From Antedon mediterranea (taxonomy: Eukaryota; Animalia; Echinodermata), in assembly GCF_964355755.1 (NCBI RefSeq), contig NC_092672.1:25798437-25862436 (forward strand): DNA of 64,000 bases, in the 5' to 3' direction. The notes under the pieces are model-generated. The model was not told the DNA's origin. It ran no database searches and saw nothing but the letters and a program-made list of their open reading frames with translations. Shown one piece after another: positions 38,326 through 52,382 of the stretch (the first letter of the stretch is position 1; the number at the start of each line of letters is the position of its first letter). A program made the translations under genes and the position numbers.

Positions 38326-38700
38326 TCTATTATATACATTTACGTGGTCAAAGGGCAAAAGTCGGTAAATCGCGTAACATTATTTAGAATTAATTGTACT
38401 CGATGTAAGTTTGTACATACTTTCGGTAAACCTGTTTACTAATTAAGTTTAGTTATAGATAATCGGTAATTGACGATTAGTACGAATTTAGGTTAAACAA
38501 TTTTCTTCAAAAAGGGATTATTTTTTTCCGAACTGTGTAAATGGTTGTCGATGCTGAAACATATCCGTACATAATAATACAAGGATACGTCACATTTACC
38601 TATCTACAAACTTTTTAAATTGAAACCGGTCATATTAATGTTGAAGAAAGACCAAATTTATTTTTAAAATATTATTTTAATAGATTTAATATACGTTTAT
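38326..38700 (+). mobile_element. Degenerate 5' end of the same Helitron family
   Basis: TCTATTATATACATTTACGT...AAGGGCAAAAGTCGGTAAATC matches the reverse complement of about 9000-9247. Confidence 0.6.
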
Positions 38701-38869
38701 ACGTATTGCTTGTCGATAATGGAAAGAGTCAATTCCCTTAGGCGTAATAAGTCAGGGCCCAACAAAAGCAGTATAAAAAACTGCAGAGGTGGAATAGGTA
38801 TTTTTTTAAATTACAGAATGAGCTGGCGTTTTCGGTCACCGTCTATACAATCAACTTTACTACTACTAC

Positions 38870-39665
38870 TACTACCCTACACTACACATCTTTTAAATAC
38901 CTTGGTGTTACTTTTAACTAAAAATTGACCTGGGATGACCATGTCCATGTCATTGTTTCCAAAGCTAAACGTATGTTGGGCTTTGTTTGGAGTGTGGCTG
39001 GACATGCTTCGACCAGTGCATTTTTGTCTTTGTACAAAAGTCTTGTTTTGCCTGGTCTGGAGTATGCGCAACCTGCTTGGTTTCCATGGACGAAGTCTTT
39101 GTCAGATCAGCTTGAGGGGGTCCATAGGAGAGCAACTCGTCTTGCTCTCAAACAGCATCGTGGAAAGATGTGCTATGAGGAGAGGTTAAATTTGCTTTCA
39201 GTTTCATCTTTGTCTGTTAGAAGAGATAAATTTCTTATTATATTTTGTTTTAAGGTTCTGGTGGGGTTTCTGGACTGCAGCACAGTTCATGACTGTATTT
39301 TAATAAATACTCGTCACAATGATCGCTTGTGCTTCAGACATCAAGCATCAAGGACACAGGCTTTTTTCCATTCTATAGCAATCAGGTTACCCCGTGTCTG
39401 GGACCAGCTTCCCAGATCTTTGTCAGATGCTGCAGTCCTAGAAAGCCCATCAGCCTTCATTAGAAAAGTTCATATTCATTTTTATTCGCTGTAACTGTAT
39501 TTTGTCTTTATGTCTTTTATGTGTAAACTGACTTTGGGGTTGGGTCAACCGGCTCAGCTACAGTGATTAAGTTCACTTAGGTTGACCCTGGTCTCCTCAA
39601 TTTCAGTTTTTTTTTGTTTTGTATATACTTAAATAGACCAAATAAATAATGAAATGAAATGAAAT
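38870..39665 (+). mobile_element. 5'-truncated CR1/L2-group LINE
   Basis: KYLGV..., LTWDDHV, LYKSLVLPGLEYA, LEGVHRRATR; ends AATAAAT plus (ATGAA)n. Confidence 0.85.
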
Positions 39666-40329
39666 GGTCAATCTAAACTTCAAATTATCAAAGTTAAAAC
39701 AATAATAACACTGAAAATGCTAATAAACTTCAGTAGATGAAGTATAGTACGTAGATGTACACAAAATGACGATGTTGTAAGAAATAAAATCATGTTTGAC
39801 ACGAATTTTATAATTATGAATATACCACTCTATCATCAAATAGCATATTCAACATCATCTATTGTGTTTGTATTGTGTGGTGTGCCTTGCGACAATTTCT
39901 AGTTGTGCACGTCAAAGCTTTATATATTCGAGAACCTACTAGAGATGGTAAGCGAAGGTATAGTGTAATTTGACAAAGATATTGTTGCTTTTGGATGTTT
40001 ATATACATAATCATAATCTCTCTCCGTCGTAATGTGTACTTTAGCAATATAATAATGTTTAGGAATAATTATAATTAATTTTTTATCTACAGTGTATGTT
40101 GTCAATAACGTAGGCTAGTTATCTATCTTCATCCAATGAATGTATTAAACACTGAAAATATACATTTAATCTTTCTTTTATGAACCATTTTTGTTGACTT
40201 ATAAAAGAAGAAAATCGAACTAATAAAAATGTTACTATCAATGTAGGACAATATAAAGCCGGAATCATTTCGTACTCAATTACTGTATGTAATAAATTAT
40301 ATTATTGCCTTTATGTAGTGATGGATTTG

Positions 40330-42870
40330 CATCATTTAAATATAAATAATAATAATCAACATAATTTAAATTTAAAGCTAGAAATATAATAAATATTAAT
40401 ACTACTAAATTGGTTGCGTAATGTTACATATCTCCTCCGAAACCGCTGAATGGTACGTGCACACATTTGGCATTTGATGGGCCGCACAGCATAGGCTCAC
40501 TTTCCAGAATGTTAAGGATAAACACTAAAAACAGTTTATAACAAGGCCAACAGCCATAAGTCGCGTGCTAAAACGCATAGTGATACCGGACCGACAGACC
40601 GACAGACCGACCGACCGACATAGTGAACTATAGAGTCGCGTCCACGCGACTAAAAATGTCTCAGCGGCCATGTTTCGCGAGTTGTTACGTCACGTACATG
40701 TACGAATTGTCTTCATTTTTTTTACAGATGTTCTATAAATAACTTTAATAAATTTAATAGTTTTATAGTTGTAGAGAATAAAGAAAACAGATTTATTGTA
40801 AAAACGGTCAGTTCATATTGATTATTGACGTGGTACGGCGGACAGATTAGTCCTAAATTGATACGCCCTCACCTTTCAGTAATAATTCAAGAAGCGGGAT
40901 AATTTTACATGTATAAATCAACAATATAATATATATAAATCCAAAAGCAAATTACTGAACAACTGGCTGCTATCATTGGCTGGATATCAATGGAGACAAA
41001 AATAAATTAAGCCACGAAAAAAATCAGAAACCGAGGGAAGTACTTGGTAAAATATATCAGGGAAAACTACATTCGGAGGGTGAGGGCTCTCTACTTGATA
41101 TTTTGGCCCAGGTTAAAAAATACAGAGGGCGTTTGATTCTTATTTTATTTAATATTTCAACTCACATTCAATATACAGGTAACAAGCTTTTATTTTGTGA
41201 TGGCACCAATATGTTAATTTTTCTGAATATTCTGTTAGTATATACCAATTAACACCTAATCATTCAGGACGACACCTTAAAAATTGGGGGCGCTATCGTG
41301 CGGACAAACAAAGCAAATACTATACTAGGCTAAATCACAGTCAGAATAAAATACAGAGCTTTCGGCGGGGAACACTAACCCTTCCTCAGTACAAAGACGT
41401 GACCGCAAAAATTGACGCTGTCATGAATAAGATTAGAAATAGGAAAGATACAAACGATACCTGTGTGGATTGGAATAAAAGGAACTAAAACAAAGGAGAA
41501 AGGAGGCACATGCTGGTGAATAGCGAGTGGATAAGAAGACAATGAAGATAGCTTGGTAGATATAAACAATTTTGGAATGGACAGTGAACAAGAACAAAGA
41601 ACAACTTAACAGTGGTTAATATTGAAATTTAAATTTAGAATGTCAATGGAATAATAACCGATCTGGGAGTATGTTCCTAATGTTAATTTTGAAAGGTTTT
41701 GTGTAGTCATTCCCAGTGGGTTCCTTTGTCTTTTTTTTTCTCTTTTGTGGCGCAAACACCACTTTTATTCACATTCATATTATCTCATATTACATAAAAT
41801 CGTATTATTTAACTTGTAAATGTCGTTACAGTTCATAAGTAACATTTTTACATATATGAATTCTGTATTACTCCTTTTTTCATTAATTTTCTTATATTTT
41901 GTTATACACTTGACAGGATCATCATTATCATCTATCCCGTTTTAAAATAGTTCACACATTTTCATTTGTTTGTTTTCATTTTACAACCCGGATTATACAA
42001 TATATTTATATACATGATAAAAAAAAAACCATAACTGCTTTGTCTTTGCGAGTTTGTCGTTCTTTAAAATGTTCGGCTACAGGTTGACCAAATTGTAATG
42101 TTTTGATTTATGATCTATGTTGTGTCGTTATCATATATGATACGAAGAGTGTTTTTCCCGACGTACTGCTTGACAAAAATATTACAGTATAATATGAGAT
42201 CAATTAAATTTGGTTAGACAATTAATTAATTTTCTTATCCAAAATATGTGACCAGTAGGCTAATTTGGTTACTCTTACATTTTAGTCGCGTGTAAACGCG
42301 ACTCTACAGCTCACTATGATGGTGGTAAACACTAACTACAATTTGTGCACGCGTCTGCAGCCTTGTTTATGCCCTTGTTTTTAGTAAAGTCGACCAATGA
42401 ACACGTTTGCCGCAAAGACGTGACCGCCCAAATTTCTGCTGTAATGAGAGTCAATGTTACTCTTGAATCTTAGATTTAACTAATACATCACGGATGTTAG
42501 GAGCAACTCTACGAAATACAATAATAATGAGTGGTTTCGAAAAATTTGGAAAGCAGTCCTGAGAGGACTGTAGATTGGGCATATTATAGTAGGCCTGTGT
42601 TTCTCAATAATAGCCTATAGATAATATGGTTGCCGTGTGGTTTGTCAGTGTCTTACATCGAAGACAATTTTTTTTCCTTTTTTAAATAGCAGTTTCGAGT
42701 ATTCCTGCTTGTAATATACTTTCCAAAGATGTCCGGTTAGTTCTTCTGTACGATTCTAAACATCTAAATCTGAAGAATAAATACGTCTAATACGTAATGT
42801 CTGCATATACGTTGTGATTTTAGTGTACAGACGGGAATGGCAACCGCTAGGAAGCAGGTGCATTTACTAC
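40330..42870. repeat. Segmental duplication, paralogous to about 56750-58770
   Basis: Collinear shared blocks such as CTGAACAACTGGCTGCTATCATTGGCTGGAT, GGAATAATAACCGATCTGGGAGT and TTCCAAAGATGTCCGGTTAGTTCTTCTGTACGATTCT. Confidence 0.85.
40541..40655 (-). mobile_element. DINE-1/HINE-like element
   Basis: Reverse complement of 18560-18670. Confidence 0.78.
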
Positions 42871-43204
42871 TACTACTGAACTACTCAATGCTTTTCAAAT
42901 TAGTTAAATTCCAAAATGCATGCTATACATTTATGGACTATATACTATAGTAGAAATGACATGGCAAAATTGGCGAATGAAGAAAACGTCAACATGCGGA
43001 GAAAATCAGCCAAGTGTAGATCAATTTTTGAACGCATTTTCAAAGTTCAAATAACCTTTGCAATCAACATTTGATATTACAAATTAATTAAAAGCATACA
43101 CAACAGTATTATTTTGATTAAGTAGAACGATATTGAGTTCAATGCAATGTGTTTGCCCTACTACCTCATTTGTACTTATACTAAGTATATTTGAGAATAT
43201 TCAA

Positions 43205-43283
43205 ATTTTTTTTGGGTGGGATTCGAACCCAAGACCTCCAGATTACTAGCCTGGCGTTCATATTACTAGACTACCGAGCTTGC
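43205..43283 (-). mobile_element. tRNA(Thr)-like SINE head or tRNA pseudogene
   Basis: Minus strand GCTCGGTAGTCTAGT...CCAGGCTAGTAATCTGG...GGTTCGAATCCCACCC. Confidence 0.6.
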
Positions 43284-43368
43284 GCTGATGACCAGGGGTT
43301 AGATTTAAGCCAAAGTAAGCAGCGGGCACTGCACCAACTGAGTTGTAATTGTATTAAACTACTATGAA

Positions 43369-46159
43369 CACTGTAAAAAGTAGTGTTAATGTTTAAACGC
43401 TAAAATTAACACGTTTCGGATAACACTTAATGAACACGTTTAAGTGTTAATGTCAACAATTATTAACACGTTTAAGTGTTAATGTTTCCATAATTATTAA
43501 CACGTATAGGTGTTAACGTTCCAAATTATTAACACGTTCAAGCGTTAAAAGAAATAACACATATACACGTTTATGAGTGGATAACACTTTATTAATGCTA
43601 AAACATGTTTATATACAGAATGGTGTTAAAGTACTCCTAAATAGTATCTGTAATAAACACAAAAATGAAAAAAACAATCATTTTTTGTCACTGTTTCAGA
43701 TCTTGTAAATGCGATCATTCCTTTGATTTTTTTACTTTGGTAGAGAATGTTTGGAACAGTGTGCCCTTGAAAGTTTATAAACTGCCCTTCACCAACAATA
43801 AATATCTTTGTACTGCCGTCACGTCCATACACACAATGCGTAGGGCAAGAAGACTTTTGTCTTGAAGCTTTTCACGTCTATTTCCTCTACCTGAAATATA
43901 AGGAAATGTAAATTGATTTCATTTTCATTTATTTTATTTGATTGAGAGTCACTTTTAGGCATATCTAACTGATGCATGGTCAGGTGGATATTATATTTTA
44001 ATAATAACAATAATGTCAGTTTTTATATAGCGCGCTACACAATTAAGACTCGGAGCGAAAATCAAACTATACATAAATCAATGTGTTATTACTAATCACC
44101 TACTTCCAACATTGTCATGGACGGTCTTGGATCTGGTACCTTTGCCTTTGACAACAGCAACCTTCTTCTCCAGGATGTCTAGTAGTCTAATCGAATCATC
44201 CTCAGCTCCCTCAAAATAAAATAAATTAATACAAAAATTTAAATTAAAAACATTTTAAAAACAATTTTAAAAAATCGTAATTTCGCGGGGGGCCTGATAA
44301 ACTAATAAAAAAATGTATGGACCTTAGAAGTAGACTGGCCTAGCTAGTAAGGGCTCACATTTGAATTGGTCATATGACCCATTTATTTTTAAATAGGCTA
44401 TAGGTAGCCCGGCAGGCAAGGAGTAGGCAGGCATATTAATAATACTAGGCCTAATAGGCCTAGCCTAGTGCCTATTCTATAGGTGGCCAAGCCTAGATTT
44501 TCTGAACACTAGTATAGCCTAGCTAGTGCCTAGGCCTATATACCCGGCCTAGGCCTAGGCCTAGTTCTAATGTCTGACTGTTCAAATGCGACCGGACCAT
44601 AAACTCGGGGAGAGAGGACATGCGCCAAGGCGCGCGCGGCGGTGTGTAAGAAAGTAGTATGATTAACGCACGGGTCCATCAGGCCTAGCCTAATCTATGT
44701 TACAGTTAAATAATAGGAGATCCTAGCTAGGCGCCATAATGACAAATATCCTTCACTTCGAACTACGACCAAAACATGATAAAACTATCAGTAGTTCAAA
44801 ATACAGATAACAATTACCTATACGATGAAAGAAGATTGATGTGATTAGTGATTGTGATCTTCTCCGATTCTCTCGCTCACCAATGGAAAACAATGGCGCC
44901 TGGCCGGCCTCTCGCTCGCACGCGACGTGTGATCATGTGACTTATCTGCAAGCGCTATATGCGTTAAACAGTGAGAAACTTCAACGAGTACTTTAAACGT
45001 CAAGCGTTAATAAAATATTTTCACGGAGTAAATATAACAAAACAGGAAAAAAATCTGAGATATTCGAAGCTCTGAAATTCATATTCGTAGGTTTACCAAT
45101 GTTTTTAAATCACTAAAATGAATAAGGCCTATCATAGCATAGGAGGCCTATGTATTATTTCCCATGTAAAACTTTATTTTAAAATACAATGATCGTTATA
45201 AACACCATGGTGTTAAAATTTAACGGCACTGATAACACACCAAAGCCCCTTTCTCACAGAGTTTTGTGCCAGGAATATTGCGGGAATATACCATTACCAT
45301 GCCGGTATGGTTTTCTGTGAGAACGGGTCGTCTTGGCATCATGCCGGCACCATGCCGGCATCGACATGACCTACTTCAGACCTAGTAATATTCTAGGGAT
45401 ATTCCCCGCAATGCCAGACGGGCATTCTGTGAGAACGTATCGCCGTTATATTCCGGGGTTCCCCGTCGAGGCTTTGACACCTTGCGCAGTCAAGTGTATC
45501 ACTTTGGCGCCTATTCAATTCAATTAACAATAATAATGTCGAACTGGAGGGATAATGAGATAAGAGAGCTGCTTAAAATAAGGGGACAAGAAGAAATTTG
45601 TAGCATAATCTATAGGCCGCTAGGCTAGGCCATGGCATTAGCTCTTTGTTTGTTGGTGCCTGACCTTTCGTCGCCTTGTAAATTGTAGGCCTACAGCCTT
45701 CTAAGGTGTTTTACAGATTGCCGATGACGGCAAATTAATTGCTATACCTGTATAATATATGCACAATATACTGTACATAGCATGTATTGCATAAATATGC
45801 TATAAAGGAAGATAATAATCTGTAACTTGACATTCGCCGCCATATCATCGCTAGACAAAAATAATAACAATAAAGGACGCCCTCAATAATTATTTTGTCA
45901 GAGACTTTTTATTGGCCGAATATGCCCGACTCCTTTCTCACAGAAAGCCGGTATATACCGGTTATATTTCCGGCACGATAGTCCGATGAGAATGGGTATA
46001 TGCCGGTAACGATACCGGCACGACGCCAGCACTGTACCGGTATATTGCAGGCACATCTGTGAGAAAGGGGCTCTAGTGTTAATAATATGCTATTTTAACA
46101 CCTACCGTTGATAATTAAACATCACAACGTGTTAAAATACAACGCCAGTTTTTACAGTG
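43369..46159 (-). mobile_element. Non-autonomous EnSpm/CACTA element
   Basis: Termini CACTGTAAAAA / TTTTTACAGTG, 2-bp TSD AA, TTAACAC subterminal arrays, minus-strand exon-like remnants at about 43630-44210. Confidence 0.8.
45244..46072 (+). mobile_element. Harbinger deletion derivative nested in the CACTA element
   Basis: TIR AGCCCCTTTCTCACAGA / TCTGTGAGAAAGGGGCT; Myb/SANT-like start MSNWRDNEIRELLKIRG at 45536. Confidence 0.8.
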
Positions 46160-46549
46160 AAGTAGCTTTGCGTCAGGGAGTTGACCTAATTGGTCAGATG
46201 TTACTCTGACGGAATTTGTACTTTATACTACATTTGACAATACTTGAATATTGAATTTGTATTTTATTACTTATTATTATAAGTGTACTTAATAATTTAA
46301 AGAATTATTTTATTTCAAATTATGCATGTCATACTGTAGCAACTCTCTCAAAATGTTACAGGCCTCCAAAGTATAATTCTGCAGACAACCTGTAGAATCC
46401 CTTTTTTGCCATAACAATTAAAATGTGCAGTGTAACCTTTGACACATTGTTGGTTAATGGCTTCTGTTAATGATGATGTAGCAGTGCGAAACTTGTTTCA
46501 TTTAACTTAATAGCACAGACATCGATAATCATTAATTCGAAGAAGAATC

Positions 46550-49500
46550 ATGAAGTATTTGCTAGCCGTTTTTTTGGTTCCTTTTATTGTAGAAAGAGGT
46601 ACGTTATCAACTAACTTGTAGAAGGTCTACTGTAGGCATGCTGTAGTTTAAATGTTTTGCTCATCTATGTGATTCTGGTTCTTGCATTTTACTATTATTA
46701 TAATGTAGGAATGACTTCATTTAGGAAAAGGGAACATCTTTCTAATGATCAAAGGATTTGAAAAGAGTTGAGGGGAGTGGATAGCTTCCATTGGAAATGC
46801 AAACTATTGTGATTTTATTGTATACCTACTGTACATTATTAAAGCTCAGGTACAGGCATGAATTTTAAATATAATATTTGGTTAATTGTACATAAATGAA
46901 ATATTTGTAACAGAAATCAAGACAAAAATACATGAATTTCCCTTAATATGGTCAAATAAAAAATTTGGCAAAATTCTTCCATAAAAACCAGGAAGACCTT
47001 TTTTTCAGTAGTTAGGTAGTTAACCTAATGTAATAACATGTCTGGTGACTCCCTAGAAGGTGAAAAAAGATGGTGGATATACGGTGGATAATTTTTGCTA
47101 TAGCATGAAAATAAAAATCTGAAGTTGAACAAAAATACCAGAAATGTAATATTTAAGTTATATTACCTATATTTATTCATCTGATAACATTTTTTACCAC
47201 ACTGTTTATTTTTCATAGCTTTTTAAAATGCCTCTCTATTTACAAAATTTGTGTACAAAAGAATAGAGATTTTACTGTGTAATTTGAACTATCCCCCCAC
47301 TGATAAGAAAGTGCTTATTTTCAACAAGCTCGTGTAACACAAATAAAATCCCAAAAATTATGAAACATAGGGGAAACTAAAGATCGATAATTATTGGAAT
47401 GTATAATAAATAGAAATTTTTTGCCCGCACCTGGCCTTTAAAGATTACGTTAACAACCGACTTGTAGAAGTCATAGCCGAGTTTAAGCCAATTCCCAGTA
47501 CTGTATCTAGATTTCTTCAGTATCAGGATTTTTTTAGTACATTACAACATCACATGTGTTTCAAACGTATTTCCTTTTTTTTATCATACCATAACCTAAC
47601 ACTTAAGCTAACCTTATTATGATATGCTGTATTTACCGAATTTAATGATAGGCCTGGGCAGATATTGCAGTATTTGGAGATTTAGTACTGCGAATCGGAA
47701 ATTTCATTACTGTTTTTTACTCACAATTATGCTATTGGTTTTCTGCAAATCTGTTGAATTAGGTAAGAATTATTTAGTAGGCCTATTTCAGTGAACATCT
47801 TTCTGATTATCAGTGAATTGACTTTGATCTAGGTTTGTGTTTGATATAATATCATTGAGTAAGCAACTCTTATTTTCAATGTAGAAACTTTCAGTTTTGG
47901 TTAGTTTTTTTAATGACTCCATTTGATACATTATATATATATATAAATAGTAATTATATACACAAATAAATAGTAATTAAACTGTCATTAAAATTACAAT
48001 GCATAAGCAACACTTATTTTCACACTGCAGAAACTTTCAGTTTTGTTTAGTTTGTTTAGGCCTAATGACTGTGTAAAGAAGCTTATTTTATTTAAAACTG
48101 GGTTTGTTATGCTCATATTTCTTTCTAAATCGGCAAAAAATGTTTGTCTAATTTTTCACTTTTAAATGATTTATAACTTTTTATATCCCACATTCAATAG
48201 CATATTTTAATATAAATATTATTAAAAATATTATGCGACCTACTGTACATTTGTATGTAGTTATGCGTTTATTAAATTTGGCGCATTATAATTATTTGTA
48301 TTAGTATTTTTATCATTATTATTGGTTAAATGTTGTTGAGCTGTAATGTCTAGTGTATAGTAATATTTAGATAGGGAAGGGATTATATTACATATAACAA
48401 TCAATATACAGTAAATAACCAGTGTTACTTTATTTATTATTTATATTTAAAGCAGCATTCAGTTTTTATAGCGAAACATTATTTCTAAAGCTCTGTCTAC
48501 ACTATCAAACTTCATGTGACAACACACAAATGTGATGTTCCCATATATGGACATGATGATGTCATATCACTACCGTATTTGAGCATATTACTACCATATT
48601 TGGGCACATCACACTTGTTTTGTCAAACTAGTTTGATAGTGTAGACAGAGCTTAACACGATGGCTTGTATGTATGAAGGTAATGACATTCTGTTGACTTT
48701 TCCATTTTATAATTAGATACGAGAAGTATACAGTTGTATCTCAGTTAATTTGTAATGTCTTTCAGAAATATTACCGTACTTTAGTTGAAATAATATTTAA
48801 TTAGGCCTATTAATATTGCATCCAATTGTTGTATTTAAAATTGTTTATACATTGGGTGCTTAGCATATGTATATGCATATTAATCTAACAACAATATGCT
48901 GATCTCCATTAGATCAAAAGTTTTATGTATGGTTGCGACACGATCAGTTCCACTTTCCCCTGCGAATACCGGAGAATCGTGTACTTGTGGTACTGTAACC
49001 GCAACTTTTAATTTTTTTTTAATTTATTTTTTTAAAATTTATTCGACTTCTCACTAACTCAGTTAGTGAAGGATCTGGACCAACAGGTGGTAAACACCTC
49101 TAAAACGGTCCAGTCCCAATTTGCACAGTGGCTGTGTGTGACAGTGGCTGTGTTTGTGTGGACTAGTACACCGGGGTAACCCCCTACTTGTCTCGAAAGA
49201 TGTACTAGGTTCTTTAAAGTGCGCATGAGCTATGTGTACACTGGACCTACGGTTTATAGTCCTTATCCGAGAAGACTCGTTCTACCACCAGAACCATGGA
49301 GCGAGTGAGCCTCGAACCCTTGCCGATGTTATGACTACGTAATTACGGTTCCACTGTCTTAACCGCTCGGCCACTCACTCACTAGAGATTGTCGCAATAA
49401 ATCTTAAAATCAAAGGACTGTTACATGTTCCTATCTTGGCAACAAGGTGAGCTCAGCATCCTGTTGTTAGATTTCCTTGGCATATGATGAGAATAAATAC

Positions 49501-50789
49501 CCTAAGCCCCGAGTCTAAGAAGAACTATTTTACCACTGAATTATCTATTAGGCCTATACTTTGCATGACTGAATCTATTAATTTGAGGCTGAAATAGTCG
49601 TATCATTTAGGCTTGTAAAAACGTTTCTTCACACTGACTCACTGTAACTGCTCTCTATACTATATAGTTATCTCCCATAAAGCGTTTGTTTTCATTACAA
49701 AAAATGTTATTATGTAACCAATTATTACGTAAGCTTATGAAATTAGGGCAACTATTTGTGTATTATAAAGTTTCTTTTCCACAGCTATTATTTTTATTAT
49801 GCTTAAAATAACCGATATCGTTCATAGACGACACATACACGTTTTACGTTATTCAAGATTAATACCCATATATGCATTAGACATTTGTAGTAAATAAGAG
49901 GTTTCGTTTCTCATAACTTTTCACCTTAAATTCTTTAAAGGCAGTTGCTAATTAGCTACAAATGGTTTGTTTTTGTTTAAAATAATAGTTGTGAATAATA
50001 CTCAGGTAAATTCTGCTAATAATAATACTTGCTACCGTTATGAGATGATTTCTCGAATGAACGTAAAATCAAAACTATAACTGGAATTTATTAACTAGCA
50101 TTCACGTATAGAGACATTAGGATGATGTCAATCTGATGGTGACTATAGAATGAAACTAAACCCTTTACCTTATAGAAGATTAGAAAATCAAAATGTTTAG
50201 ACTCAAGTAATATCTTATTTGTAACGTGAAAACAATTTATGAAAATGAATCTGGTAAAACTACAATTTCTGGTATTCACATTTTAGCTGGTGCTCTCAGG
50301 TGTTATTACTGTGAAGAATGTACTAAACCAAATAATAGCGTCTCCTGCCCAGCATCAGCTGATACATGTTACTTAATAGTTGTGGATGGAAGTAAGTATT
50401 ATTTCAATATTTAAATACAATACAATACAATATGTCCTTTAGCCAATTTTATGTAGGCCTACAACTATAGAGTAGCTTCTGTCCGGGAGTATAACGCCGG
50501 TTTACTTCCTTTATAACTTAAACCCATTTAAAGCATGTTTAGTTAACTTATTATGTGTACTACTTACTGTAAATTGATTCATTTTAAAATATGTTTTATA
50601 GTGAAGACTCGATCCTGTCTGATTAAAGAGGTATGTGATTATATGGAGCCAAAATGTGACGATGATACACATGATAACTGCTTTGCATGTTGCCATACAG
50701 ATAACTGCAACTCAGCTGGAATTGCAGGGATCAACTTCCTTACTCTAGTCAATTTTTTGTTGACCAGTTTGTTCTTTGCACAACAGTAG
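46550..50789 (+). CDS. GPI-anchored Ly6/uPAR three-finger protein, 113 aa; exons 46550-46598, 50287-50391, 50602-50789
   Basis: Phase-1 GT-AG introns give MKYLLAVFLVPFIVERAGA-LRCYYCEECTKP...CCHTDNCN-SAGIAGINFLTLVNFLLTSLFFAQQ: signal peptide, LxCxxC start, CCxxxxCN end, hydrophobic tail. Confidence 0.88.
46843..47437. mobile_element. Kolobok-type non-autonomous element in Ly6 intron 1
   Basis: TTAA on both sides; degenerate TIR AGCTCAGGTACAGGCA / TGCCCGCACCTGGCCT. Confidence 0.55.
48489..48652. mobile_element. Harbinger/Tourist MITE
   Basis: Perfect TIR AGCTCTGTCTACACTATCAAACT; TSD TAA. Confidence 0.88.
49012..49383 (-). mobile_element. Deu/Nin-domain SINE with tRNA head
   Basis: A box TGGCCGAGCGG, B box GGTTCGAGGC; core CGGATAAGGACTATAAACCGTAGGTCC...TAAAGAACC...GTAGGGGGTTACCCCGGTGT; A-rich tail. 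Confidence 0.8.
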
Positions 50790-51254
50790 ACATGGACAGG
50801 AAAATAACATGGTATTAAAAACAGAATCAATTATGGCTATAGTAATAATCTTCCACAAATTGTTGTATGCAGTGTACATCTCGTAATTTAGATTGTAAAA
50901 TGATGATGATGAACTGTCATGGTATGGATACAGTAATGAAAAACCCAGTTTTCGGTCCGGCACCCTGAGAAAAATATAGCAACCGTTGAGTGTATTTTTA
51001 CATCGAGCACGAATTTGGTTTTCCAGTGTCAGGCAAGGTCATGCTCACTGTTAATTGGGCAAAAAAATAAATAGTACGATTTCAGGAAAGAAATGATCCA
51101 TCACTCGACCTAAATCAGGTACAGATTCAAATCGATGTTGGTGTGAAAACTCTTATGCTTTACCACTAAACCAATTTCCACGATGTTTTTCAACTCTGTT
51201 AATACTTTTCTTTCAAACCATGAGGTTTCTTTTTTTAGTATTTTAGTGTCCCAA

Positions 51255-51400
51255 TTGGTTGTATAGCATGTCTGATTTCAGAAAAAAAGTAAGAGAATCT
51301 ATTTGGATAAGAAATACCACAGATACAAAAACAGGGATGACGGTTTATTATAACCTTTCACATATATACGATGACATCATTCAGACCCATGAAAATGTTG
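51255..51400 (+). pseudogene. Penelope-like GIY-YIG C-terminal fragment
   Basis: RKKVRESIWIR...YNLSHIYD. Confidence 0.55.
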
Positions 51401-51519
51401 CAGAAGAAAAACATAGCGCCTTAAAAAACATCGAGAGGACGTATTGACCAGACTGTAACCAAGATCTTACAGTCTACATGAGAAAGCAAACTCAACGTCG
51501 TTGTATCATTTTAAATAAT

Positions 51520-51790
51520 TTCGACCTATGGATCAACAAAAAGAAATAGATTTTTTCTATGACCAGATATTGTATCAAGCTGTAGATTACACAAGAAAAG
51601 GCTGGCTGGGCAAAATAATTGTAGAGCTGAAAACCTATTTTCGTAAGAAGGACGAGTTAGGTTTTTTGTTTCATATGGGAAATCGAATGATTATACCACC
51701 AAAACTTTGAGAGTGGTATGCCACGAACTCCATCAAGGACATCTTGGTGTCGTAAAAATGAAATATATGTCCAGAAGCTACTGTTTGTGT
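51520..51790 (+). pseudogene. Gypsy integrase zinc-binding region fragment
   Basis: GNRMIIPPKL...ELHQGHLGVVKMKYMSRSY with a frameshift. Confidence 0.7.
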
Positions 51791-52382
51791 CTAAGGGTAT
51801 GTTCAGACTCACGGAGTTACGGTGGAGTTAGCTACGCAAGGCGTACGGTAATCCGTGGCGTTAAAAGCCAAGGTGTTCAGAAACAACGACCAACATTCCA
51901 ATGCCTTGCGTTTAAAACACTCTGATCAGGTGGTCAAAGCAGATAGAACTATATGTATGCATTCATGACAATTACATTGTTTTTTATTTATATAATGTTT
52001 ACCTTCAAATATACTGATTTGTTCTTACTACTTGTAGAATTGCATTTTAATTCAAAATAATTTAAAACGTAATTTTTACACGGACAATTATCTGATTAAT
52101 TGATTTAATTTATGAACATATCATATCACTGACGCCAACTTTACTGTTCTTTAAAATCTGAACCTGAAAATACATTTAACATAGCTATTTCGCTGTCGTA
52201 TCATAGGGTACGGGTATGTAGTTGCTGTCTGCTAATTCCTGGTCGTGTATTTTCATTGGTTAAACTTAAAATCACTGATGCATCACTGGATTAGCGTTAT
52301 GAAATCTACCCTCTCCCGCTAGAGTTATTAACGCCACTGGCGTATTTTTTAGTTGTATGAAAAAATGTCTCTGGCGGGATTC

